Below, piece after piece: positions 1-10,842 of a stretch of DNA of 64,000 nucleotides. Both the position numbers and the translations under genes were made by a program. Under the pieces are notes generated by a model. That model was not told the origin of the DNA, did no database searches, and saw only the letters and a program-made list of their open reading frames with translations. Within the stretch, counting starts at the first letter, position 1, and each line of letters starts with the position of its first letter. This DNA comes from an uncultured Bacillota bacterium (GTDB taxonomy: Bacteria > Sysuimicrobiota > Sysuimicrobiia > Sysuimicrobiales > Segetimicrobiaceae), in the NCBI GenBank assembly GCA_963804645.1, contig CAWDRG010000010.1:64001-128000 (forward strand), read 5' to 3'.

Positions 1-187
1 CCTGCGCGACGAGGTAGGCCGGCATCACCGCCAGCAGCCCGCCGTGCGCGCTGACCGGCACGACCGGGCGCAGCGGCTGCACCGCGCCCCCCGTGCTGAA
101 CGCGGCGAGGGTACGGTCCATCAGCGGGACGAGCTCCCGCATCGTCAGCAAATCTCTCAGGTGCGCTTCCCGCAGCAGCAGAGCCAT
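1..187 (-). CDS. Ornithine cyclodeaminase/mu-crystallin family protein, N-terminal part (runs off the window edge)
   Basis: Translated by hand, not in the ORF track: MALLLREAHLRDLLTMRELVPLMDRTLAAFSTGGAVQPLRPVVPVSAHGGLLAVMPAYL. The QPLR...MPAY pattern is typical of this family. GGAGGG RBS upstream. Confidence 0.75.
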   Translation of the reverse strand, partial: MALLLREAHLRDLLTMRELVPLMDRTLAAFSTGGAVQPLRPVVPVSAHGGLLAVMPAYLVAQ

Positions 188-277
188 CGGCACGCCCTCC
201 GGGACGTCGGTCTCGACACACGGTCCCCTCCGGAGATTCTGCCGCGTCCGGAGACACTCCCGCCGCCGCGCCGGTGC

Positions 278-1377
<1,100 letters not shown>

Positions 1378-1380
1378 CGA

Positions 1381-2172
1381 TCACCGCTTCCCGGCGGGGG
1401 AGGCCGCCGCGGCGTCGCGCATCGCCGCGACCTGCGCCTGCGCCGCCCGCAGAAACGTCCGGGTCGCGCTGTCGACGAACATCGTGGCGCCGAGCGCGCG
1501 GTACGCGCGGACGTCGTCCGCGGTGAGCGCGAGGATGCCCACGGCCACGCGGTTCGCGAGGCCCGCCTCGATGATGCGGCGGATCGCCGCCTGCACGTCG
1601 GGGTGGTCGACGCGGCCGGGATGCCCGAGGCTCTGCGACAGGTCCGACGGGCCGATGAACAGCACGTCGGCACCGGGCACGCGGGCGATCGCGTCCACCG
1701 CCTCGAGCCCGCGCCGCGTCTCGATCTGCAGCACGTTCAGGACGGCCGCGTTGCTGGCCGCCACATGGTCCGCGAGCGGCACGAGGCCCCACGACGCCGC
1801 GGGCGTGCCGCCCGCGAGGCTCCGCGTGCCCTCCGGCGCGTACTTGGTGGCCGCCACCGCGGCCGCCGCCTGCTCCACGGTCTCGATCTGGGGGATCATC
1901 ACCCCAAGGCATCCCACGTCGAGCGCCTGGAGCACCTGCTTGGGCCGGTGGTCCGGCACGCGGGCGATCGGCGTCGCCCCGGCCGCCCGGCACGCGCGCG
2001 CCATCGCCAGCCACTGCTCGGGACCGAGCGGGCCGTGCTCGCCGTCGAGCAGCACCCAATCGTAGCCGGCCAGGGCCACGAGCTCGACCACTTCCGGACT
2101 GGGCAGCGGCACGATCGTGCCGAACGCGGGCTCGCCGCGGCGGAGCTTGTCGCGAAGCGGGTTCTGGAGCAT
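1381..2172 (-). CDS. HpcH/HpaI class II pyruvate aldolase (GarL/RhmA-like)
   Basis: Motifs GYDWVLLDGEHG, LDVGCLGVMIP, QIET and LFIGPSDLS. GGAGG RBS. Confidence 0.9.
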   Translation of the reverse strand: MLQNPLRDKLRRGEPAFGTIVPLPSPEVVELVALAGYDWVLLDGEHGPLGPEQWLAMARACRAAGATPIARVPDHRPKQVLQALDVGCLGVMIPQIETVEQAAAAVAATKYAPEGTRSLAGGTPAASWGLVPLADHVAASNAAVLNVLQIETRRGLEAVDAIARVPGADVLFIGPSDLSQSLGHPGRVDHPDVQAAIRRIIEAGLANRVAVGILALTADDVRAYRALGATMFVDSATRTFLRAAQAQVAAMRDAAAASPAGKR

Positions 2173-2234
2173 CCATGCCTCCTTGAGGACGATCGCAGCA
2201 TGGATTCCATCCCGGGCGGGAGAATTCCCCCATC

Positions 2235-2885
2235 ATGCCCACGACGCTGTACGTCATCCGCCACGGGATCACGGAGTGGAACGCCGCGCACCGCCTCGCG
2301 GGGCGCCTGCCGGGCGTGCCGCTGAGTGACGACGGACGGCGGGAAGCGAGCGCAGTGTCGGCGCGTCTCGCCGCGGTCCCGCTCGCGGCGGTCGTCTCGA
2401 GCCCGATCGCGCGGGCGCGGGAGACCGCCGAGCTGATCGCGCGGCCGCACGGCCTCACGGTCGTCTCGGACGACGCGTTCACCGAGCGGGAGTACGCGGC
2501 GTGGCAGGGCTTGTTCTCAACCGAGATCCACGCGCGGTTTCCCGACGACGCGCGGGCCCTCGCCCGCGGGGAGCCCGTCACGGGGGTCGAGTCGGTCCGA
2601 GCGATGGCGGAGCGCGTGTGGGACGGCATGGAGCGGCTCGTGCTGGCGCATCCGGACGCCGCGGTCGCGATCGTCTCCCACGCCGATCCGATCCGCGCGC
2701 TGATCACGCGCGTCATCGGCATGCCGGCGTCGCGCCTGCGCGCCGTGACGATCGACACGGCCTCCGTGACGCGGATTCGCCGGAGGGCGCAGCGCGCGGT
2801 GGTGGACTACGCGAACAGCCGGACCCATCTCGAGGGCGCGGGCGCGTGCGGATGGCCCCCGGCCGCGGCCCGGGGCGTCGTCTAG
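2235..2885 (+). CDS. Histidine phosphatase (phosphoglycerate mutase family)
   Basis: N-terminal RHG motif, SSPIARARETA and VSHAD. Confidence 0.88.
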   Translation: MPTTLYVIRHGITEWNAAHRLAGRLPGVPLSDDGRREASAVSARLAAVPLAAVVSSPIARARETAELIARPHGLTVVSDDAFTEREYAAWQGLFSTEIHARFPDDARALARGEPVTGVESVRAMAERVWDGMERLVLAHPDAAVAIVSHADPIRALITRVIGMPASRLRAVTIDTASVTRIRRRAQRAVVDYANSRTHLEGAGACGWPPAAARGVV

Positions 2886-2894
2886 GGCGCCGGG

Positions 2895-3446
2895 TCAGGA
2901 GTTGCCGATCAGAATCCCCGCGAGGAAGACGAGCCCGCCGCCGACCACGACCTGCAGCACGGACAGCCAGAAGCTCAGGCCGAAGTAGCGGTTCCGGATC
3001 ATTGCGATCGCGACCAGCTCGACACCGACCACCAGGTACGCGACGGCTAGCGCGACCCCGAGGCGCGGGATCAGAAACGGCAGCGCGTGCATCATGCCGC
3101 CGAGCAGGGTCGCCATCCCGGTGATCGCCCCCCGGATGACGGGATTGCCGCGCCCGGTCACTTCGCCGGTGTCGGACAGCGCCTCCGCGAAGCCCATGCT
3201 GATGCCGGCACCCACCGCGGCCGCGCTGCCCACGAGGAACGCCGTGTGGGGGACCCGCGTCGCGAACGCGGTCGCGAAGAGCGGCGCGAGCGTGGAGATC
3301 GACCCGTCCATCAGCCCGAGCAGCGCCGGCTGCACCACTCTGAGTAGGTACCGCGAGTGCACCTCGCCGGCGGTCGACACCGGAGGGTCTGGCGTCGTCG
3401 GCGCAGCCGCGACCGCCCCCGCCGCCCCCTCGTCGTCGGGCGTCAT
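2895..3446 (-). CDS. VIT1/CCC1 family iron/manganese exporter (like the MbfA C-terminal domain)
   Basis: VQPALLGLMDGSISTLAP, GAGISMGFAEALSD and about five hydrophobic helices. The ATG at 3446 overlaps the Fur stop codon (ATGA). Confidence 0.85.
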   Translation of the reverse strand: MTPDDEGAAGAVAAAPTTPDPPVSTAGEVHSRYLLRVVQPALLGLMDGSISTLAPLFATAFATRVPHTAFLVGSAAAVGAGISMGFAEALSDTGEVTGRGNPVIRGAITGMATLLGGMMHALPFLIPRLGVALAVAYLVVGVELVAIAMIRNRYFGLSFWLSVLQVVVGGGLVFLAGILIGNS

Positions 3447-3907
3447 CGCCCCCGCCCCGCCCGGCCCCGCCGGCACCGCGGGCACAGCCCGTGCAGCTCG
3501 AACCGGGCCGACCGCACCTGGAACCTCGCCCGGGTCGCGGCCGCGCGCTCGAGCTCACTGAGCCGCATCTCCGGCACGTCCACCACCGTTCCGCACCGCT
3601 CGCAGATCAGGTTCATGTGCGGCCCCACCCTCCCGTCGTATCGCCGGACCGGCCCGCCGATCTCGTGCACCAAGCCGAGCTCTGCAAAGAGGTCGAGCGT
3701 CGCGTACACCGTCGCCTGGCTGAGCCCCGGGAAGCGCCGCCGGACCTCCGCGTACACCGTCCGGGCGCTCGGATGCGTCGTCCGCCCCACGACCGCCTCG
3801 TAGATCGCCATGCGCTGCGGGGTCAGCCGCCCGCCGCGCGCGGCGAGCCGGCGGCGCAGATCGGCCGCGGGCGCGCCTATCTGCATCGGATCCTTATTAG
3901 TATTCAT
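3443..3907 (-). CDS. Fur/PerR family transcriptional repressor (start at 3907 or 3886)
   Basis: RLTPQR, HPSA, LSQATVY and HMNLICERC...GLCPRC (two CxxC zinc motifs). Confidence 0.88.
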   Translation of the reverse strand: MNTNKDPMQIGAPAADLRRRLAARGGRLTPQRMAIYEAVVGRTTHPSARTVYAEVRRRFPGLSQATVYATLDLFAELGLVHEIGGPVRRYDGRVGPHMNLICERCGTVVDVPEMRLSELERAAATRARFQVRSARFELHGLCPRCRRGRAGRGR

Positions 3908-3945
3908 TCTAGATAAATAGTACTCCGCGCGGCGCCCGGCGTCAA
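3894..3945 (-). promoter_or_regulatory. Sigma70 promoter (TTGACG-N17-TACTAT) with an overlapping AT-rich Fur/Per-box-like operator
   Basis: On the minus strand, -35 TTGACG at 3945-3940 and -10 TACTAT at 3922-3917, then CTAGAATGAATACTAATAA over the predicted start site. This is an AT island in ~70% GC DNA. Confidence 0.7.
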
Positions 3946-4006
3946 CGGCAGGGACGGGACGGGCCCGGGGCCAATCACCCCGCGAGACTCCCTGGGGAGG
4001 TGGACG

Positions 4007-4970
4007 ATGCGGCTCGTGACGTTCGCGGCGCGCGGCCGGACGCGGATCGGCGCGCTGGCCGGAGACTGGGTGATCGACCTCACGAGCGCCGCGCAGGCGC
4101 GCGACGCGGCGGCCGGCGCGCCCCATCCTGCGGCGCAGGCCCGCGCGGCCGTCCCCCCGTCGATGCGGCGGTTTCTCGCGGGCGGCGACGACGCGCTGGC
4201 GCTCGCGCGCCGGCTCGTCGACGACACCCGCACACGCCTGACCGGCACAGGAGCCGCGGCCCTCGAAGCCGCGGGCATCGCGTGGCGGCGCGGCGAGGTC
4301 CGCCTCCTCCCGCCGGTCCCGGCGCCGCCGAAGATCCTGTGCGTCGGCCGCAACTACGCCGAGCACGCGCGCGAGGGCGGCAGCGCGCCCCCGGAGATCC
4401 CGATCTTCTTCGGACGGTTTCCCCACAGCCTGCTCGGCCCCGGCGAGCCGTACGTCATGCCGCGCGCGAGCACGCAGGTCGACTATGAGGGCGAGCTGGC
4501 CGTGATCATCGGCGCGGGAGGGCGCGACATCCCCGAAGCGCGCGCGCTCGAGCACGTCGCCGGGTACGCGATCTTCAACGATCTCTCAATCCGGGACTAC
4601 CAGCGGCGGACGTCCCAGTGGATGCTCGGCAAGAACTTCGACCGCAGCGGCCCGTTCGGGCCGGCGCTCGTGACGCGGGACGAGGTCCCGGACCCCCAGG
4701 CGCTGACGCTCACGGTCGACGTGAGCGGCGAGCGAATGCAGGAGGCCGACACGAGCACGATGATCTTCTCGGTCGCCTATCTGATCGCGGACGTCTCCCG
4801 GGCGCTGACGCCTGGAGCCCGGGGACGTGATCGCGACCGGCACGCCGAGCGGCGTCGGATTCGCGCGCACCCCGCCGCGCTGGCTCCGCCCGGGCGACCT
4901 CGTCCGGGTCGAGATCACGGGGCTCGGCGCGCTCGACACACCGATCGTCGCGTCGGACCGGACGAGGTAG
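4007..4970 (+). CDS. Fumarylacetoacetate hydrolase family protein (one frameshift near 4812)
   Basis: [25 protein letters not shown] and GKNFD. The C-terminus [16 protein letters not shown] continues in another frame to TAG at 4970. Confidence 0.88.
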
Positions 4971-5007
4971 GTTCGCCGCCCCGGCGCATGCGCGCCCCAC
5001 GCGGCAT

Positions 5008-5040
5008 CGGCGGGGCGGGATCGCGGATCCCGCCCCGCCG
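5008..5040. terminator. Perfect 15-bp-stem hairpin between convergent genes
   Basis: CGGCGGGGCGGGATC-gcg-GATCCCGCCCCGCCG. There is no clear U-tract. Confidence 0.55.
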
Positions 5041-5068
5041 GTTCTACGCGGCCCTGGGCGGGTGACGT

Positions 5069-6606
5069 CTAGCCGGCCGCGACCGGCGCGCCCTGGTCCT
5101 CGGCGCCGTAGTCGTCCCGCGCCGTTTGGTCCGTCCCGCGCGCGACCCCGATCAGGTCGAAGAGCACCGTCAGCACGATCGAGACCACGATGTTCAGCAC
5201 AAACGCGGACAGCCCCGCGTACAGCGGCAGCGTGTGGCCGAAGACGTGGATGGGATAAACCGGCGTGAAGTTGTTCGTCACCGCCATGTAGGTGCCCCAC
5301 ACCATGCCGGCGAGCCACCCGAGGAGCAGCGCCACGTGATGGAACCACCGGGTGTACAGGCCGAACGCGATCGACGGGAACGTCTGTAAAATCCACAGGC
5401 CGCCGAGCAGCTGGAGGTAGATCGCGTACGCGTTCCCCAGGGAGAGGACGAACACGAGCGCGCCGACCTTCACGATCAGCGAGACAAACTTCGCGACGGA
5501 CGCTTCCTCGCCCGGGTCGCTCACCGCCTTGAAGTACGCGTGGTAGATGTTCCGCGTAAAGAGGTTCGAGGCGGCGATGGACATGATCGCGGCCGGCACG
5601 AGCGCGCCGATCGCGATCGCCGCGAACGCGAATCCGGCGAACCACGCCGGGAACATCGCGTTGAACAGGCGCGGGACGATCAGGGTCGGCGACGGGGCGG
5701 TGATCCCCGCGGCGATCGCCATGTAGCCGAGGAGCGCCAGCAGGCCGAGCACGAGGGAGTACGCCGGCAGCAGCGCCGCGTTCCGGCGCACGACCCGGCC
5801 GCTGTACGAGGCGAGCACGCCGGTGATCGCGTGCGGGTACATGAACAGCGCGAGCGCGGAGCCGAGCGCGAGCGACGCGTACGGCATGTACGCCGCGGGC
5901 GGCAGGATCAGCGGAAGCCTTTCTTGGCCGGCAGCGCCGCCGCGGCGGCGGCGAAGATGTGCCCGTAGCCGCCGAGCTTGATCGGGATGATGATCACGGC
6001 CGCGATGACCGTGATGTAGATCATCGTATCCTTCACGAGCGCGATCATCGCCGGCGCGCGCAGGCCGCTCGTGTACGTGTACACCGCCAGGATCAGGAAG
6101 GCGATGATCAGCGGGAGATCGGAGGCCGCGGCCGAGCCCGTGATGCCCATCGTCGCGAGCACGACCTGGATGCCGACGAGCTGCAGCGCGATATACGGCA
6201 TCGTGGCCAGAATCCCGGTGATCGCCACCGCGAGCGCCAGGCCCTTCGAGCCGTAGCGGCCGTTCACGAAATCGGCCGGGGTGATGTAGTGGTGACGCCG
6301 GCAGACGGCCCAGAGGCGGGGCATCAGGACGAATACCAGCGGGTACACGATGATGGTGTAGGGCACGGCGAAGAAGCCGAGCGCGCCCACCCCGAAGATC
6401 AGCGCCGGCACCGCGACGAACGTGTACGCGGTGTACAGGTCGCCGCCGAGCAGAAACCAGGTGACGACGGTCCCAAACCGGCGCCCGGCCAGTCCCCACT
6501 CGTTGAGTTGGGTCAGATCTCCCCGCCGCCAGCTGACCGCGATGAAGCCCAGGACCGTGACGAGGAGAAAGAAGAAGATGAAGACGCCGAGTTCCGTCCA
6601 GTTCAT
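5069..6606 (-). CDS. mctP: Sodium:solute symporter, MctP-like monocarboxylate permease (frameshift near 5915)
   Basis: EWGLAGRRFG, WFLLGGDLYTAYT, ATMPYIALQL, ALFMYPH and ALVPAAIMSIAASNLFTRN, split over ORFs 5908..6744 and 5069..6499. Confidence 0.85.
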
Positions 6607-6854
6607 GACTCGGTCCCTCCTCGCGTGAGGCCGTAGATGATCGCGGTCAGGATGGCCGTCAGGAGGAGCCAGAGGAACTGATACCAGTAGAAGAATGGGA
6701 TCCCCGAGAGCTCCGGCTGGTCCATGGCGTAGAACGGAGGCCACAGGAGCGCGATAAACGGGATCAACAAGAGGAGGTAGAGCGGGTGGAAGGCTGGAGA
6801 TGAAGCGGCTTGATCGCTGCGCTTTCCTGGACCCGAACCCGATCCGGTCGCCAC
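6603..6854 (-). CDS. DUF3311-type small membrane partner of the symporter
   Basis: LLLLIPF...PFY...PELSGIPFFYWYQFLW. Its stop overlaps the symporter ATG. The GTG start is inferred. Confidence 0.82.
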   Translation of the reverse strand: MATGSGSGPGKRSDQAASSPAFHPLYLLLLIPFIALLWPPFYAMDQPELSGIPFFYWYQFLWLLLTAILTAIIYGLTRGGTES

Positions 6855-6997
6855 GGCAGACACCCCCCCGTCGTCATCACGCCGCACGGCGTGTCCTGGC
6901 GCGTTCAGAGCGACCCTGTACGCCATACCCCCCGGCTTTTCCTGGTGACCGGGCGCCGCCGCCGGCGGGTGCCCCCGCCGCGGGATTCCGGCGCCGC

Positions 6998-7855
6998 CTA
7001 CCCAGTTTCCGCGGCCGCGAGCGCGGCGAGAAGGTCCGCGGCCGCCCCGGCGCGCGCCTCCCAGAACGCCGCGATCGGACCCGCGACGTCCTGCCACCGG
7101 CGGTGCCGCGGCGCCCACGCGCGCACCTCGGACTCGAGCCAGGCCAGCGTGCCTGCCGGATCTTGGGACAGCAGCGCGTCGAGCGCGAACCGGCGCTCTC
7201 CCATGCGGAGCCCGAGCCCGGTGTGCCGCGCCGCCCGGGCGAGATCCGCCCGCGTCAGCACGGCCCCGCTGCGGACCGGGGCCAGCAGACCCTGCAGAAA
7301 CGCGGGGGCGCCCGCCTCCCGGGGGTCAGGAAGCGGAGGCGCCTCGCGCAGCTGCAGCGGGAGCACGTCCGGCGTCCCGCACGACGCCAGCTCGGCGCGG
7401 AGCGCCTCGCCCAGCATCGCCCCCCACGCGCGGTAGCACGGCGGCGCGAGATCCGCGAGTTTCTCCAGGTACGGCGGAAGCCAGGACGCGAGGTGTTCCC
7501 AGAGGAGGGCGCCGCGGGCTTCCTTCCAGAGCAGCCGCCGCGCGGGGTCGGACTCCCCGTCCTCGTGGTCGCCCAGCGCGGCGTAGAGCGCCAGCAGCAC
7601 GGCGAGGTGGTCCGGTTCGGGAGGTGGAGTGCGGCCGAGCGCGCGCCAGAACCCCGCGACGCGATCGCGGGCCTCACCGCCCAGCATGCCCTCCCCATCG
7701 AGGTAGACGGACGCATACGGGTACAGTTGAAGGATGAACAGCTCGGTGAACTCGGCCGGATCGGGGCGATCCGGGAGGCCGAGGATGCCGGCGAGGCGCA
7801 CCTGCTCCGGCCCGGGAGCCTCCGCGAGGGCGCCGAGCGCCCGGAACAGTTCCAT
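6998..7855 (-). CDS. TorD/DmsD family molybdoenzyme maturation chaperone
   Basis: PYASVYL, EPDHLA and EHLASW motifs. Lies directly downstream of the Mo subunit. Confidence 0.85.
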   Translation of the reverse strand: MELFRALGALAEAPGPEQVRLAGILGLPDRPDPAEFTELFILQLYPYASVYLDGEGMLGGEARDRVAGFWRALGRTPPPEPDHLAVLLALYAALGDHEDGESDPARRLLWKEARGALLWEHLASWLPPYLEKLADLAPPCYRAWGAMLGEALRAELASCGTPDVLPLQLREAPPLPDPREAGAPAFLQGLLAPVRSGAVLTRADLARAARHTGLGLRMGERRFALDALLSQDPAGTLAWLESEVRAWAPRHRRWQDVAGPIAAFWEARAGAAADLLAALAAAETG

Positions 7856-7907
7856 CAGACGGCTCCGACGCGCGGCCGGGCGGGAACTCCCGGCGGCCTC
7901 TCGGCCG

Positions 7908-10832
7908 TCAGTCCCCGACCGGCGCGGGCGTCCCGCGATCGGGCAGCCGGTACGCCTCCTTGGCCGGCCGGAGGGGCCGCATCAGCCACCACGGACGCCG
8001 GCTGCCATCCGGGGAGTACCGGTCCGCCGGGCGCGTGAAGCCGAGCCATTTCGCGTAGACGTCGCGCGCCCGGGCGGTGTCGACCGAGATGTCGCCGTAG
8101 CGGTCCCCGGCCTCGGCCGGGCGGACCCGCACCGCCTGATGCCAGCAGTGCTGACCCGACACGGGGTCCGGGTGCACCGGGAACGTCAGGTTCTGATGCA
8201 CGCCCACGTCGGTCCACCAGATGCGCAGCGTGTCCGGATCCGCGGACGCGTAGGGGGCGCCGCCGCGCACCCGATGCATCGCCCAGCGGTCCTCGCGGTG
8301 GTCGAGCGTCACCGTGGCCATCGCCTGGCGCTGCCCGGCGTCCTGGAGCTTCCACCGTCCCATGTGGTGGCTGCAGGCCACGACGCCCGGCCGGATGCCC
8401 TCCGTCACCCACGCCTTGACGACAAAGTAGCCGATCTCGGTCTCCACGCGGACCAGATCGCCGGTGCGCAGCCGCATCGGCGCGGCGTCGCGCGGATGTA
8501 TCCACAGCGGGTTGGTGTGCGCGATCTCGTCGAGCCATTTCGCGTTCGCGCTGCGCGTGTGGATCTGCACGGGCAGCCGGAACGTCGAGATCAGCACCAT
8601 CTGATCGGGGCCGAGCGCCTCCCGATGCACGTGACTGCGGAGGTACGTCGGCAGCGCGCACTCCGGCCACCCCCACTCCACCAGCGTCCGGGAGTAGAAT
8701 TCCAGGCGGCCCGACGGCGTCGGGAACCCACGGACGATCTCCCCGTCGACCCGCACCCCGACCGGACGGCGTCCCTCGGCGTCGGGCTCCGGGCTGCCGA
8801 CCGGCACGATGTTGGGGTCCGCGGGCTGAGGCGCCCGCGTGTACGCGCGCCCGAACCGGCCGACGCGGACGTCCTCGAGCTCGGCCAGCGGGACCCGGAT
8901 CTCGTGGCGCGCCCCGATCTTGCGCGCGATCTCAAACGCCCCGTACCGGCGCATGAACGCGAGCGGAGAGAGCCCCTCGGCCGCCGCCCGCTCCGGCAGC
9001 CCCGGCACGGAGTGCTCGAAGATGTACCCGTAGTACTCGTCGACGCCGAGCTTCTCCCCCGGGGCCGCCTGCGACTCGAAGAACTTGCGGATGCCGAGGG
9101 TACCGTCGGGATCGATCCGCCACGACAGCTCGATCCAAAACTCGTTCTCCTCCCAGACCTCGCCGGGGTTCGCGGCGCGCGTGTCCGCCAGGCGCTCGCC
9201 GAGCCGCTCCCTCGCCGCGCGCAGCACGGGCTGGCGGAACCCGATCCACTGCCCGTCGTACTGCTCGTAGGAGTGCAGGTCGTGCCGCTCGGACGCGTGC
9301 CCCATCGGCAGGATGTAGTCGGCGAAGAACGCGGTCTCGTTCCACGTCGGGGTGAGCGCCACGTAGCAGCCGATGCGGTCGGGGTCGAGCAGCATCTCGA
9401 TCCAGGAGAACCCGTCCGGATTCGTCCACACCGGGTTGTAGACGCGGGTGAAGTAGACCGCGAGACGCTTCCCGCTGTCGCGCAAGAGGTGCGGCAGCAG
9501 AAACGACAGCTCGTTGATCGCGAGCGGGTACTCGATCGGCCACGTCAGGTCGTTCCACGTGCGCGGGTGCGGCGGCACGTACATCGGCCGGGGCACGAAC
9601 TTGTTCCAGGCGTTCGGGTACGTCCCGCCTTCCGTCGCGACGGCGCCGAGCAGCGCGTTCAGCAGGAACAGCGTCCGCGGCACCTGCCAGCCGCCCAGGT
9701 TGCCCGCGGCGGCGCTGCGCCAGGTGTGCGTGGAGAGGCGCGTCCCGGCGGTCGCGACCACTCCGGCGACCGCCTCGAGCGCGGACGCGTCGACGCCCGA
9801 CTCCGCGGCCGCGAACGCGAACGTGTACGAGGCGTAGAGGCCCCGGAGCACCGCCTCGAACGCCTCGAACGTCTGCGGCCCGTCCGGATGCTCGTACGCC
9901 AGATATTCCTCCCAGTTCCACCAGCGCCGGACGAACTCGCGGTCGTAGCGGCCCGACTGGATCAGGAAGTTCGCGATCGCGAGCAGGATCGCGGCCTCGG
10001 ACCCCGGGTGCGGCGCGACCCAGTGATCGGCGTGCGTGGCCGTGTTCGACAGACGGGTGTCGAAGACGATCAGCGTCGCCCCGCGCTGCTTGGCCTCGAT
10101 GACGCGCTGCGCGTGGGGGTTGAAGTAGTGGCCGGCCTCGAGGTGGCTGCTGATGAGCAGCATCACCTCCGCGTTCGCGTGGTCGGGGCTCGGGCGGTCC
10201 GCCCCCATCCAGAAGTGGTAGCCGGCGCGCCCGCCGCTGCTGCACACGTTCGTGTGGGTGTTGTGCCCGTCGACCCCCCAGGCCGCGAGGACGCGCTCGG
10301 TGAACCCGTCCTCGCCGGGCCGGCCGACGTGGTACATCACCTCGTTCGGGCGGCCCTCGGCGATCGCGCTCCGGATCCGCGACCCGATCTCCCGCAGCGC
10401 CTCGTCCCAACTCACCCGCTCCCATTTCCCCTCGCCCCGCTTGCCGGCGCGCCGCAGCGGGTACAGGATCCGGTCGGGGTCGGTGATCTGGTTGAGGGTG
10501 GCGGGGCCCTTCGCGCAGTTCCGCCCCCGCGACCCCGGGTGCTCCGGGTTGCCCTCGAACTTGCGGACCTGGAGCGTCTCCCGGTCGACGTACGCGAGCA
10601 GGCCGCACGCGGACTCGCAGTTGAAGCAGGTCGTCGGCACGAGCATATACCGCTTCTCAACGCGCCGCGCGGGCCACGCCTTGCTGTCCAGCTCGACCCA
10701 GTCGTCCCACCGCTCCTTCGGCGGAAACGACGCCAGGTGAATGCGGCTCGGGCCGGGATAAAACGTCTCACCGCGCGCTTCCACGTCCCGCCGCGCGGCG
10801 CCGACCCGCTTGTTCAGCTCATGCGTGTCCAT
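7908..10832 (-). CDS. Mo/W-bisPGD oxidoreductase catalytic subunit (DMSO reductase superfamily, Psr/Ttr/Arr-like), no Tat signal
   Basis: FS0 motif CFNCESACG...NCAKG, RILYPLRR...WERVSWDEAL, HTNVCS (putative Mo-ligating Cys), ETAFFADYILP, and a C-terminal molybdopterin dinucleotide-binding domain. Confidence 0.9.
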   Translation of the reverse strand: MDTHELNKRVGAARRDVEARGETFYPGPSRIHLASFPPKERWDDWVELDSKAWPARRVEKRYMLVPTTCFNCESACGLLAYVDRETLQVRKFEGNPEHPGSRGRNCAKGPATLNQITDPDRILYPLRRAGKRGEGKWERVSWDEALREIGSRIRSAIAEGRPNEVMYHVGRPGEDGFTERVLAAWGVDGHNTHTNVCSSGGRAGYHFWMGADRPSPDHANAEVMLLISSHLEAGHYFNPHAQRVIEAKQRGATLIVFDTRLSNTATHADHWVAPHPGSEAAILLAIANFLIQSGRYDREFVRRWWNWEEYLAYEHPDGPQTFEAFEAVLRGLYASYTFAFAAAESGVDASALEAVAGVVATAGTRLSTHTWRSAAAGNLGGWQVPRTLFLLNALLGAVATEGGTYPNAWNKFVPRPMYVPPHPRTWNDLTWPIEYPLAINELSFLLPHLLRDSGKRLAVYFTRVYNPVWTNPDGFSWIEMLLDPDRIGCYVALTPTWNETAFFADYILPMGHASERHDLHSYEQYDGQWIGFRQPVLRAARERLGERLADTRAANPGEVWEENEFWIELSWRIDPDGTLGIRKFFESQAAPGEKLGVDEYYGYIFEHSVPGLPERAAAEGLSPLAFMRRYGAFEIARKIGARHEIRVPLAELEDVRVGRFGRAYTRAPQPADPNIVPVGSPEPDAEGRRPVGVRVDGEIVRGFPTPSGRLEFYSRTLVEWGWPECALPTYLRSHVHREALGPDQMVLISTFRLPVQIHTRSANAKWLDEIAHTNPLWIHPRDAAPMRLRTGDLVRVETEIGYFVVKAWVTEGIRPGVVACSHHMGRWKLQDAGQRQAMATVTLDHREDRWAMHRVRGGAPYASADPDTLRIWWTDVGVHQNLTFPVHPDPVSGQHCWHQAVRVRPAEAGDRYGDISVDTARARDVYAKWLGFTRPADRYSPDGSRRPWWLMRPLRPAKEAYRLPDRGTPAPVGD

Positions 10833-10842
10833 GCGGTCCTCC

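Noticed and set aside
3908..4555. N-terminal extension making Fur a 370-aa protein
   Set aside because: It is antisense to the FAH gene and runs across the Fur promoter.
10780..10832. Twin-arginine signal in the Mo subunit (ARRDVE)
   Set aside because: It lacks the S/T-R-R-x-F-L-K consensus and has no following hydrophobic region.
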